Assembly: GCA_046350815.1 (NCBI GenBank)
Contig: JAXLZO010000001.1
Coordinates: 300,001 to 332,000, forward strand
DNA length: 32,000 nt
Origin: Candidatus Saccharimonadota bacterium
Lineage (GTDB): Bacteria > Patescibacteriota > Gracilibacteria > BD1-5 > UBA2023
Direction: 5' to 3'
The position numbers and the translations under genes are program-made. The notes beneath the pieces were generated by a model. It ran no database searches. It had not been told where the DNA came from and saw only the letters and a list, made by a program, of their open reading frames with translations. Of this stretch, positions 1-10,130 are shown piece by piece. The stretch's first letter is position 1. Every line of letters begins with the position of its first letter.

Positions 1-447
1 TTCGATTATCAAAATGAGAATTGAAGAGACATCATTTGTCTTTATCAATACCAGTAATATCACCCTTAAGTTGGTAATTTCGAGATGAGTTTGTGTAAGC
101 AATAGTGTCATTCAACACGAATGTAAATATTACGACCATCAACAACAACATCAGAAGAAACCTTAGCACCAGTTACCTTAGAGTAGATTGCAAGATTTGC
201 AAGGTACTTAACATCGAGGTTTTTTTCGTTGTAGAAGAGTAACATTCTTAAGAAGAACATCACGGCTACCAGAAGTTTTACACGGAATTCACCGAGAATA
301 ACATCCTTTTCACCAGCCTTAACATCTTTTGAGTAGGTGCACTTACAGATTCAAAATCTACCTTGAGTAGTAGTATAGTTTGTAGTAACAAGAGTATTTG
401 ATACAAGAGGGAATGCTGCAGTAAGAGTAGAAGCAGTAGAACAATAT
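1..447 (-). pseudogene. Frame-shifted 3' continuation of the SLH surface-protein gene; runs off the window edge
   Basis: Below ~nt 447 the 278..1483 frame turns into Leu runs and stops at 278. The other two minus frames still give S-layer-like, beta-rich peptide: STASTLTAAFPLVSNTLVTTNYTTTQ, KDVKAGEKDVILGEFRVK, TSGSRDVLLKNVTL, YNEKNLDVKYLANLAIYSKVTGAKVSSDVVVDGRNIYIRV, NDTIAYTNSSRNYQLKGDITGIDKDK. Two apparent shifts sit at homopolymers (T4 at 276-279, T7 at 220-226 on the + strand). Confidence 0.4.
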
Positions 448-1483
448 CCTTAGCAGCTACGATTGCAAAATTGTGTTGTGCACCAGATACACCAGGAGAT
501 CGAAGCTTAACAATAAGATCGAGGGTTCCAGTTGTACCAGCCATAATCTTCCAAGCTGGAGTGAATGAAAGAGTAACAGTTTCATCTGAGTTTACAGAAG
601 CTTGTGTAGTAACACGCTTACCGTTGTACTCGAACCAAACTGAATCAATTCCATCACGTTGACCAAGACCACCACGCTTCATCTTGATAGACTTGAGAGT
701 CACATCAGAAGATGCAGCAGCAAATGAGTATTTACCAGCCTTGATTGTACCAACCTTTGGAACATATTGCATTCCCATAGCGTCGTTGCTGATAGTAAGA
801 CCACCAGCAGTAACAACACCAGTTGATGTAGTTCCAGTAGAAGTAGTAGGAGGAGTTGTAGTTCCAGTTCCGTTTGTAGGAGGAGTTGTAGGTTCTACAG
901 AATCCATAACAACAGACGATACCTTAAATGCTTCACCACGAGTAGCGTTTGCATTAGGGCGGAAATACTCACCATCCTTGATCGCACCGATCTCAACACC
1001 AGCGTTGATATAACCAGCAAGATCACCGATTGATGCAATATCCTTGAAGCTTGATGCCTTGTCAGAAGACTCAACACCGTTTGCAGCAAGAAGCATCTTA
1101 ACCATTTCAGCACGAGTTACCTTGTCAGTAGGACGGAATTTGTCAGCGTTAGCATTGACAAAACCTTCTGCTGCTGCAGTTTCGATAGCTGAACAAAGAT
1201 CACCGAGAGAAGGACCAACATCAGAGAATACATCTCCAACACAGTCGTACATCTCTACACCACTGAGCTTGACTGCAATTTTTGCAACCTCAGCACGAGT
1301 GATATTGTCACCAAGACGGTAGCCAGCTTCAGTCTGAGAGTTGATAACTCCAGCCTTCGCAAGCATATCCGCATATGTGAGGAACTCGCTTGCAGCACTA
1401 ACAGATGCAGTAGCACCCATTGCAGATGCAGCAATAGCAAGAACACTCACTGTAGAAGTAACTTTCTTGAAAAGATTACTCAT
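278..1483 (-). CDS. Secreted SLH-domain surface (S-layer-like) protein
   Basis: ATG at 1483. Signal peptide MSNLFKKVTSTVSVLAIAASAMGATASVSA. Three SLH-like repeats, e.g. FSDVGPSLGDLCSAIETAAAEGFVNANADKFRPTDKVTRAEMVKMLL. Thr/Pro linker EPTTPPTNGTGTTTPPTTSTGTTSTG, then a beta-rich domain. The 3' end is unreliable (see the 1..447 feature). Confidence 0.75.
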   Translation of the reverse strand: MSNLFKKVTSTVSVLAIAASAMGATASVSAASEFLTYADMLAKAGVINSQTEAGYRLGDNITRAEVAKIAVKLSGVEMYDCVGDVFSDVGPSLGDLCSAIETAAAEGFVNANADKFRPTDKVTRAEMVKMLLAANGVESSDKASSFKDIASIGDLAGYINAGVEIGAIKDGEYFRPNANATRGEAFKVSSVVMDSVEPTTPPTNGTGTTTPPTTSTGTTSTGVVTAGGLTISNDAMGMQYVPKVGTIKAGKYSFAAASSDVTLKSIKMKRGGLGQRDGIDSVWFEYNGKRVTTQASVNSDETVTLSFTPAWKIMAGTTGTLDLIVKLRSPGVSGAQHNFAIVAAKDIVLLLLLLLQHSLLYQILLLLQTILLLKVDFESVSAPTQKMLRLVKRMLFSVNSV

Positions 1484-1897
1484 AAAATGAGAACAGAAAA
1501 AAAAATAAAACACCTTTATCGAGAAGCTAGGCTTGTTGAAAAGCAGGCCCAAGAAGATAAAGTGCCGATTTGAACTTCGGCGAAGTTAAAGCTTTAACCT
1601 CTGTTTTGTTTTGTTACAAACAAAGCAAGAGGATACAAAGTATATTTCATAACTATTTTTTGTCAGAGTTCCAAACTGTCATTCCCGTGCAGACGGGAAT
1701 CTTTGTAATGGATGGTAGATCCCCGCCTTCGCGAGGATGACAAATAATATTGAATAACCTTTATATCCTCTCGCCTCGTTGTATCAATAGAAACAGTGGG
1801 CAAAAGCAAAAGAAGTACAAAAAGTACCAAAAATCGAAATTTTCGTCGATGTTAAAGAACTAATTCTGTGGCTTCTTTTGCCTCAAAATGCCCCGCT
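1484..1897 (-). promoter_or_regulatory. Long (~400 nt) structured 5' leader or unannotated ncRNA between a consensus promoter and the SLH gene ATG
   Basis: GC-rich hairpins in an AT-rich background. They include a multi-helix junction at 1677-1742 (tgtcat/atgaca closing tcccgt-ctgc-acggga, atct..agat and cctcgc-gaag-gcgggg on the minus strand), gccgaagttcaaatcggc and gggcctgcttttcaacaagcc. No long TAA/TAG-free frame. Confidence 0.35.
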
Positions 1898-1924
1898 ATT
1901 ATATCCAAAGCGCCTTATCGTCAA
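1898..1924 (-). promoter_or_regulatory. Sigma70-like promoter TTGACG-N15-TATAAT, minus strand
   Basis: Minus-strand sequence tTTGACGataaggcgctttggaTATAATagc. It lies just downstream of the pseudouridine synthase stop (1947). Confidence 0.5.
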
Positions 1925-1946
1925 ATGATTTGTGAGTCTCTTCACT

Positions 1947-2666
1947 CTATATTCACATATTTTCTCCAGATTGTAGTCAAGTTTTGGCTAGTAGATGCTC
2001 TTTCTCTGACTTTGTAAGCGGTCTTATTTCTCATTCTTGCAGAGTACCAAGATTTATGTGTTCTATACGAATTCTCTTGAGTTTCTTGACTTGTTTGCCA
2101 AGTGTCTCGACCATACGTCGAATTTGTCGATTCTTCCCCTCCTTGAGGATGATGCGGAACTTTCCTGATGCGACGCGCTCTACGACACAAGGACGTGTCA
2201 CAACGTCTCCAAGATCGACACCTTGCGACAATTTGTCTATTTCGTCATCTTCGATCGGTCAGAATATCTCTACAAGGTATTCTTTTTCATGGGAAAAGCT
2301 TGGATGCATCAGCTTATGAGCGATACGACCATCGTTTGTCAGGAGGATAAGACCCGTCGTCTCCTTGTCCAATCGACCAATAGGAAAAATACGTGTGGGG
2401 ATATCAATAATATCGAGAATACCTGTCTCACCGCGTGAGACACAGGTTGTGACGATACCACGAGGCTTATTGAAAGCATAGTAAACATATGCGAGCTGCT
2501 CTTTGATGACAGCATCATCGAGCTCTACTCGATCGATTTCCGGATCGATGATTTGTCCGATATGAGCTTTGACCCCATTAACACTGATGCGACCAAGAGA
2601 AATGAGTTCTTCAGCATGCCTACGCGATGCTACTCACTGCTGGGAGAGATATTTTTGAAGTTTCAT
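1947..2666 (-). CDS. RsuA/RluB-family rRNA pseudouridine synthase with N-terminal S4 domain
   Basis: MKLQKYLSQQ(G)VASRRHAEELISLGRISVNG (S4 domain). Catalytic motif GRLDKETTGLILLTNDG. KNRQIRRMVE. Four in-frame TGAs read as Gly; ends at TAG 1947-1949. Confidence 0.85.
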
Positions 2667-3582
2667 AATGAGAAAGATTGGTAATTCCATGGCTGCCTAC
2701 GATGACAACTTCATGGTGAAGAGAGATAGAATGTTGATGTTGTACGAGAGATCTCACATGAAGAGCGAGCGCTATGATCTGTTGCCATGTGGCCGTACCA
2801 TCATTGATGAAAAAATTCGCATGAGATTCAGATATTTTGACTCCACCACATGAGCATCACTTAGCTCATACACCCTCAAGAAGAGCTCATGCATATTGTG
2901 GAGATGGATTTTTGAAGAACGAACCACAACTTCGTCATCATGGTTGCTTGGTTTTACGATGAATACGAGCATCTATGATCTCATGATCTGGTGGAGTGAG
3001 ATCAAACACTGCAGATACAACAAAGAGTTCTGGATGGGATTTAAGAAGAGACGAACGGTATACATATTGAAGCTCTTCGACACTATATTGGCGAACTTGT
3101 CATGTATATATGTCGAGTATCTCAGCTGATTCAAGAATATCCGATGTTTCAAGTCCAAAACATCCAGCATTTCCTATGACAGCACCACCTATAGTGCCAG
3201 GAAGTCCAATCCACGGCATCAAAGTTGAGAGACCATCCCGAGTCATCTCAATACTCCAAGACGAAACCATTTCACCAGAAACGAGAGAAAAACGATTATC
3301 ACCAAGTGATTGCTTTCCTTTTGAATGATTGAGAATAACCAGTCCTTCAAAACAATCCGTTGCAAAGAGTGTATTCGATCCTCCACCAAGAAAAAATACT
3401 GGTATACAATGCTTTGTAGTCCAACGAAGAATATCAGGAAGTAACAGTATATCAGAGCGTGATGTAAGCTCGAGAAAGTATCGTGCTCATGCCTGAGTAC
3501 CAAATGAAGTCAGCTTCGTTATATCAACATATTCTTGCAGATGAACTCAACAGTCATTCAATTCAGAGAGTATTGAAGTCAT
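2620..3582 (-). CDS. murB: UDP-N-acetylenolpyruvoylglucosamine reductase
   Basis: TSFGTQA(G)ARYF, FFLGGGSNTLF, GLPGTIGGAVIGNAGCFG, QP(G)(G)RSCGSFFKNP, HANFFIN. The start could instead be ATG 3600 or 3606. Its 3' tail overlaps the next gene by 47 nt. Confidence 0.85.
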
Positions 3583-3722
3583 AAATATTCCAAAAATCAT
3601 CACCATAGTAATGAGAAGATGAAATCATCCAAGAAATTTGCATTTTTATTATCATCTGCTATACTTATTTCGATCTCGCAAGAGACCAACGTATGCTTAG
3701 GAAGAGAAATCTCCCAAATAAT

Positions 3723-3744
3723 AAAACCCCCGGCTAGGGGTTTT
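3723..3744 (-). terminator. Rho-independent, bidirectional-looking terminator hairpin between uvrA and murB
   Basis: aaaacccc-cggcta-ggggtttt: an 8-bp stem with an A-tract on one side and a T-tract on the other. Confidence 0.65.
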
Positions 3745-3942
3745 ATTATTTTCATCGGAGCTTGCGGATAAGCATCTTTCGAGCTCTTCCGTGTACTCGA
3801 TGAATCTCACATCCATAAAGGGCGAGGAGATATCTGAGGAAATTCCTCATAAACGTATACTAAGGAGATAAAAATCTCCCACTCCCATAAGGAATGGGAG
3901 CCAGGAGATTATAGAAAAAGGGGTAAGAAAACAAAGTCAAAA

Positions 3943-6807
3943 TTACTTTCTCTCATTTGGATGATAACCAAAATAACGATGGAGTGCGCGAGAGGTTGCT
4001 GTATCATGTTGGAGAAATCCATTAAACGGACCACTGTAGAGAAGTTGTCCACCAGCCTTACCACCAGATGGACCAATATCAATGATCCAATCAGCATGAG
4101 CAATCATATCAAGATTGTGCTCGATAACGACAACGGCATTTCCACGATCAACGAGTTTTGAGAGAATATCAAGAAGCTTCTGAACATCGGAAAAATGAAG
4201 TCCTGTTGTTGGCTCATCGAGAATATAGAGAGTCTTATCATTTGACCTCTTCGCAAGATCAAATGCGAGCTTGATACGTTGAGCTTCACCACCTGAGAGA
4301 GTTGGCGCTCATTGACCAAGAGTAATATATCAAAGTCCTACATCAAATAACACTTGAAGTACACGTGATATACGAGGAAATGCTGCAAAAAATTCAAGAG
4401 CATCCTCAACCGTCATCGAGAGAATATCAGCAATGTTTTTTCCCTTGAAAGTCACCTCAAGTGTTTCTTGATTGTATCTTGTGCCATGACACTGCTCACA
4501 TTCACTGTAGACATCAGGAAGAAAATACATTTCAATCTTCTTGGTTCCAGATCCTTCACAATGTTCACATCTTCCTCATCGTGTATTGAAGCTAAATCTT
4601 CCCGGACCAAATCATCGCTTCTGTGCATCAACACTCGCTGCAAAGACCTCACGAATGAGAGTGAATACTCCAGTATAGGTAGCAATATTGGAGTGCGGTG
4701 TTTTGCCTATTGGAGATTGATCGATAATGATTGCTTTCTCAAAAATATCGATCCCCTCAATCGCATCACATGCCCCATATTCTTTTGGGCTACGAGCAAA
4801 ATGACTTTCAGCGAATTTTGCAAGAGTGTCCATAATGAGCGATGACTTTCCGGATCAAGATACACCCGTCACCATAGTGAGTCCATGAGTCGGTATATCA
4901 ACATCGAGAGATCGGAGATTATTTTCACGAGCATTTTTGATCGACATAGATTCGTCGAACTTCGACACATAGTTGTCACGCCTGATATGTTTGCGCCCAG
5001 AAAGGTAGAGTGCTGTATCACCCTCAGAATTTTTGATAATCTCATCGTACGTACCATGGGCGACAATCTGTCATCCATGAACACCAGCACGAGGTCAAAT
5101 GTCCACAATATAATCACAGGCTCGCATAATATCTTCATCATGCTCGACGACAATCACGGTATTTCCAAGATTCGCCAGCTTATGAAGATTGGCTATGAGA
5201 AGATCATTGTCTCGGGAATGCAGACCTATGGAAGGTTCATCGAGTACATAGATAACACCTTCAAGTTTGGACCCAATCTGGGTTGCAAGGCGTATTCGTT
5301 GAGCTTCACCTCCGGATAAGGTTTGTGAGCGACGATCGAGAGTAACATACTCGAGCCCAACACCAGAGAGAAAATCAAGACGCTCAATAATGTTCTTGAG
5401 AATCTTATCAACTGCCTCTTGCATACCAGATGGCGCAATATAAGCAGCGAAAAAATCAATCAATTCCCGAACGGAAAGTGCAGCCATTTGGCCGATATGA
5501 AGCTCATTGATACGTACAAAAAGCGATGATTCTTTGAGTCGATATCCATCACAGAGAGAGCATGTTGTCTCGGTAGCATAAGCAGCTATCTTTTTATAGA
5601 GAGCATCTTTATCGGTTCACTCTGAGAATTTACGACGTAGGAATGTAAGAAGTCATTCGTATTTGATATTCTCACGTACCGTACCACTAAAACCTCGAAG
5701 AGGCTGACGGAGTGTGATCATGACACTCTTTGTATTGAGTATAAGATGACGTTGTTTTTTTGTAAGCGTATGATAGGCAACATTGACAGGGATCTCCATG
5801 TGATGAGCAAATTCATTCATCACCGGCATATAATAGGTGCTTCATGCCCATGGAAGCAAAGCTCATTCAGCGAGAGTAAGTCGAGGATTCACTACCATTT
5901 CTTCAATAAAATCCGTCTTCACTCACAAACCATGACAATCAGGACATGCACCATGATGAGAATTAAATGAAAAATCTCGTAATGACAAACTCTGAGCACT
6001 ATATCCACAGTCAGGACAAGATGCCTGAGCATGAAATATATCAATCACCCCTTGTCATTCTACCATAAGAGCCATTCGCTCAATACCGACTCGAAATGCG
6101 AGAGCAAGCGAGTCTCGAAGGCGTCTACGCTTGGAGAGATCATCCCGAAGAACATTACCAGTCAAGAGGCGATCGATAACAATAGCTATATACGGACTCG
6201 AAGACATATCGATACGAGTCGAATCATTTGCATGGTCACCAACTTGATATACTGAATCACCAACACTGTAGCGAACAAAACCCTCTCGAACGACTCGCTC
6301 TTCAAGCTGATGAAAAGTAATCTCATCTTCATAATCGAGAGGAGAGAGAATCATGAGTTTCAAACCATCCGCAAGAGTATCTATCTTTGTTTCTACATCA
6401 TCTACTGTTTGTTTAACAAGAGGAGTACTTGGGTGCTTTGGACAATATTGTATACCAACTGTTGCATAGAGGAGCCTCAAATAATCATAAATCTCTGTGA
6501 TCGTTCCTACGGTAGACCTTGGATTGGCAGATACGGTTTTTTGATTAATAGAAATCGTCGGAGAAAGTCCCTTAATTTCCTCAACTTGAGCTTCTTGCTC
6601 TCATCATGAAATAATCATGCGAGCATATGTTGAGAGGGACTCTAGATATTTTTGCTGCCCAAGAGCATAGATCGTATCAAAAGCAAGTGATGATTTTCCA
6701 GAGCCAGAAACACCTGTCACCACCGTGAGTGTATTTTTTGGTATACTCAGTGATACATTCTTGAGATTATGTGTTGTTGCGTTGATTATTTCGAGTTGAT
6801 CAGACAT
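3943..6807 (-). CDS. uvrA: Excinuclease ABC subunit A
   Basis: 954 aa in one frame. Walker [21 protein letters not shown] signatures [12 protein letters not shown] and [12 protein letters not shown]. Walker [13 protein letters not shown] and [12 protein letters not shown]. The five track ORFs (4330-6807) all share this frame. Confidence 0.95.
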
Positions 6808-6834
6808 ATTCGAAGAAAGTAATGATACGAAAGA

Positions 6835-7524
6835 TTAGACCAAGGTACTTGCCAGAGCAAGAACAATGATTTTTTGAGCTCCATAGGATCGAAAAATATG
6901 AGCAATAGACTGAAGTGTAGATCCACTCGAAATCACATCGTCAATTAAACAAACAGTTCGACCCTCGATTGTACGAGGATTAACCCAAGGCGCAAGCCTA
7001 AAAGCATCTCGAGTATTAAGAATACGCCCATCTTTGGAGAGATGAGCCTGATGTTCAGTGATTTTCCTCTTAAAAAGAAGGTTTTTGAGCTTTGGAATTT
7101 TTCTTCAAGATTTTGAAATTTTATACTGAATATATTCAGCAAGAAGGCGCGAATGATTATAGGGCCGAGTAAATATTTGATACCAACCAAACGGAACATA
7201 ACTCACAATAATATCATCATTTTTATACTGTTCCAAACATTCTGACATCAGAGCATCGAGTCCAGGGGAAAAAGATTGTATGTTATGACGTTGTCCAGAA
7301 TATTTAAAATTGTGAAGAACTTGTATAAAGTCACCTTCATAACGATAGGCGATAAAAACAGAATCAAAGACAGTCTCTCAAACTTCATTATTGAAATGAG
7401 TAGATCTCTCACGAAGGGAAAAATACCGATCAAGAAAGAGGGGTGATGACCAAAAAACACTCGTCCAAAGACGAGCATGTCAATACAAAGAAGAGAAGAA
7501 AGAACGAAAATAGAGTTTAAGCAT
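6835..7524 (-). CDS. comF: ComF-family phosphoribosyltransferase-domain protein
   Basis: AYRYEGDFIQVLHNFKYSG, RPYNHSRLLAEY and the C-terminal PRTase motif VCLIDDVISSGSTLQSIA. Stop TAA 6835-6837. The start overlaps the pepA stop by 8 nt. Confidence 0.75.
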
Positions 7525-8923
7525 TTCTCTCTCTCATTGCAAGTCAAATGAGAGCCTCTACTCCAGCACCAGTAGCTCAAGCTCAAAATACATCAAGAGG
7601 AGATTCAAGATATGCAGGTCAAGCAATATCAACGTGAGTATAAGGAATATCGCCACAAAAGTTTGAAAGAAATGCGGCTCACATGGTTGATCATGTTTTT
7701 ACACCAGATGTCACATTCTTAATATCTGCAATGGTTGCCTTTGTTTTTTCACGATAATACTCCTCATATGGCAATCTCCAATACCTCTCAAGGACAAATG
7801 ATGGGCATGGATGAACAAGTGCATTTATTGTTTGTTCATCGCTTCACATAACACCACTATAGCGAGAACCAAGGGCAACAACACAAGCTCAAGTAAGTGT
7901 TGCTACAGTCAGAATCTTCTTTGGAGCAAGCTCATCAATAGCAAGACACATCATATCAGCAAGAACGAGTCGACCTTCAGCATCCGTGTGATGGATTTCA
8001 ACACTTACACCATTTTTAGCAATATAAATATCGAGCGGCTTGAACGCATTTGGACCAGTAAGATTATCAACAATACCAACAACTCATGCAAAGTTATGTG
8101 AAATATTCATACTATCAAGATACCAGAGGGTTGCAATCACAGCAGCAGAGCCCGACATATCACATTTCATATCGAGCATTCCTGTATCAGGCTTGATTTG
8201 TAAACCGCCAGCATCAAAAATAACTCATTTTCCTACAAATACCTGATCAATTTGTTGTGAGTCCTTTGATTTAAGTATGATCGCTTGAGCTCCATCACTT
8301 CCACCAGCTGCAACTGCCGTAATAAGTCCACACCCCATATCACGAAGTGCTTTGTCATCGTAGGACTGAATGCTTGTATTTTTCCATGGGAGAGCTTCAA
8401 TCATAGCCCGATATTGCTTCGGTGATTTTGCATTTGGTGGCAAATTCACAAAATCACGCGCAAGAGTAAGTGCTGTAATTTTTGCAAGAGTATCTTGAAT
8501 AGCTGAATCAATTGATGTCACAAGAATCAAAGGAACCTCTTTTGTAGTACGATCAGAGCGAAAATAATCAAAAGAATAAAGAGCACACCCAAGACGTAAG
8601 AGGAGACAATGAGACTTATTCCCATCAACAAAAGAAAAATCATACATCACTTTCTTTCCAGCGCTTGATATCCATCGTGTTATTTCATCTTGAGAAATAA
8701 AATCAACATGAGTAAATATATATTTTTGAGAGTTTTTATATACAACATAGGAACCATTTTTCTGGAAATCATGGGAAGAGACTTCTGAAAAATCCAAAAT
8801 ATCAACATTTTTATCGATAAAAATGGTCACCTCAAGAAAGGAAGAAAAATCAATTCTATCAACGATGGAAAAAGGAAGACGAAGAGAAATCATAATGTGG
8901 GAATAAAGTTTTAATCTTACCAT
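7517..8923 (-). CDS. pepA: M17 leucyl aminopeptidase
   Basis: VGK(G)[39 protein letters not shown](G)ACVVALG. An alternative start is ATG 8893. Confidence 0.9.
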
Positions 8924-10130
8924 ATACGAGAGCCAGGAGAAGTCAACTCAAGATCAAGGTGGATGCTATACCAAAAAGACTGAATCATGTTAGGAATATC
9001 GCCGAAAAAAGGAATCATCAGAAAAACAAGATAAGACTTGTAATAATCAAAAAAAGATGTTCCTGGGATCGCAAAAGAAATGGAAAAAAAGACGGAGTAA
9101 AAGATATCAATGCGAAACTCAAAAAAGTAAAAAAGAAATAGAAACCAGCACCAGAGATATTAAAATGCAAGAGAAAAATAAGGAGAAAAAGAATGCTTCC
9201 TGTAATATAAGTAAAAAATACCTGAGAAACATGAAATCGAATATAAAGAAACCATCCACAAAAAAATGAGAGAAGGAGTAGTAAACTCGAATGAACAAAA
9301 AGATCGGGAGAAAGAAGAAATACACTCAATCAAAATAAGAGAGAAAGGGTCACGCTGTAATAACCAATTTCAAAAAAAGTAGAACTCAATCGAGAAATTC
9401 ATCGCAAAGAAGGGAAAAAGAAGAGGGAAACCATTCCAAAGATCAAAGATAAAAACTGTGCACCAAAAAGAAAACGAATACCAAATAAGTGGAGAGAAAA
9501 TAAACCCAAGAGAAAGAGAGCAATAAAATGAAAAAATATAAGCCATTGTTCTCGAAGAAGACGAAAGAAACGATAATATATACCTATAGTCGTAAGGCAG
9601 AGAACTCAAAAAAGAAAACCTGTAATAAATAACAATGAAAAACTATTTTGAAAAAATGAAAGAGCTATGAGTACAAATGAAAGAAAGAGAGAAACCATAT
9701 TTGCAACATATGCCACATTCAAAAGAATGTGATCTATTTTTTCACCAAAAGAAAATTCAAGAAAAGTAGAAAAATAATATCCAATGGATGCCATATACCC
9801 AGAAAAAAGAATACTGAGAACATAGACCTGTAGTGTCGGATCAATCCAACTATGATATCCACTCACGAGAAGGAGATACCAACCAAGAAGAATGAGAATA
9901 TAAATACTTTGTGGAGTACTGATATTATGAATTATTTGAACCTTTTCGTAATTTCCTCTGCTTTTTTGAAAAAATTGGAGCAATCATCAAAGTGGGCAAT
10001 ATGTTGAATGAAATCAAAGAAAAAGAGATATACAAAAAAACGGAATAAGGAAAAAAAGAAATCACCAATACCCTCACCAAAATGCAAGTACGAGAAGAAA
10101 AACATGAAAAAGAGAAATTATCCAATTCAT
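8856..10130 (-). CDS. Phe/Leu-rich polytopic membrane protein of unknown family (gene D of an unknown cluster)
   Basis: 425 codons free of TAA/TAG in one minus frame. Track ORFs 9606-9983 and 9018-9329 are joined through TGAs. Almost entirely hydrophobic segments (MNWIISLFHVFLLVLAFWGGYWGFLFFLIPFF...). No motif recognised. Confidence 0.6.

Noticed and set aside
471-1446. Plus-strand ORFs (471-662, 684-1013, 1044-1322) and off-frame minus ORFs (895-1113, 1255-1446) over the SLH gene.
   Set aside because: They are antisense or off-frame to a gene with a clear signal peptide and SLH repeats. Their products are low-complexity with no motifs.
1484-1897. Possibility that the structured RNA is tmRNA, RNase P RNA or SRP RNA.
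   Set aside because: It has no tRNA-like 3' end (GGTTCGA…CCACCA). It has no GAGGAAAGTCC or ACAGAA RNase P core. It has no GGAA/AGCA SRP domain IV motif.
3619-3888. Two small ORFs in the uvrA-murB spacer: 3619-3771 (+), MKSSKKFAFLLSSAILISIS… with a signal-peptide-like start, and 3697-3888 (-), MGVGDFYLLSIRL(G)GISS….
   Set aside because: They overlap each other antisense, and both run straight through the strong terminator hairpin at 3723-3744. There is no supporting motif. The region is better explained as structured RNA, so the ORFs remain only an unlikely alternative.
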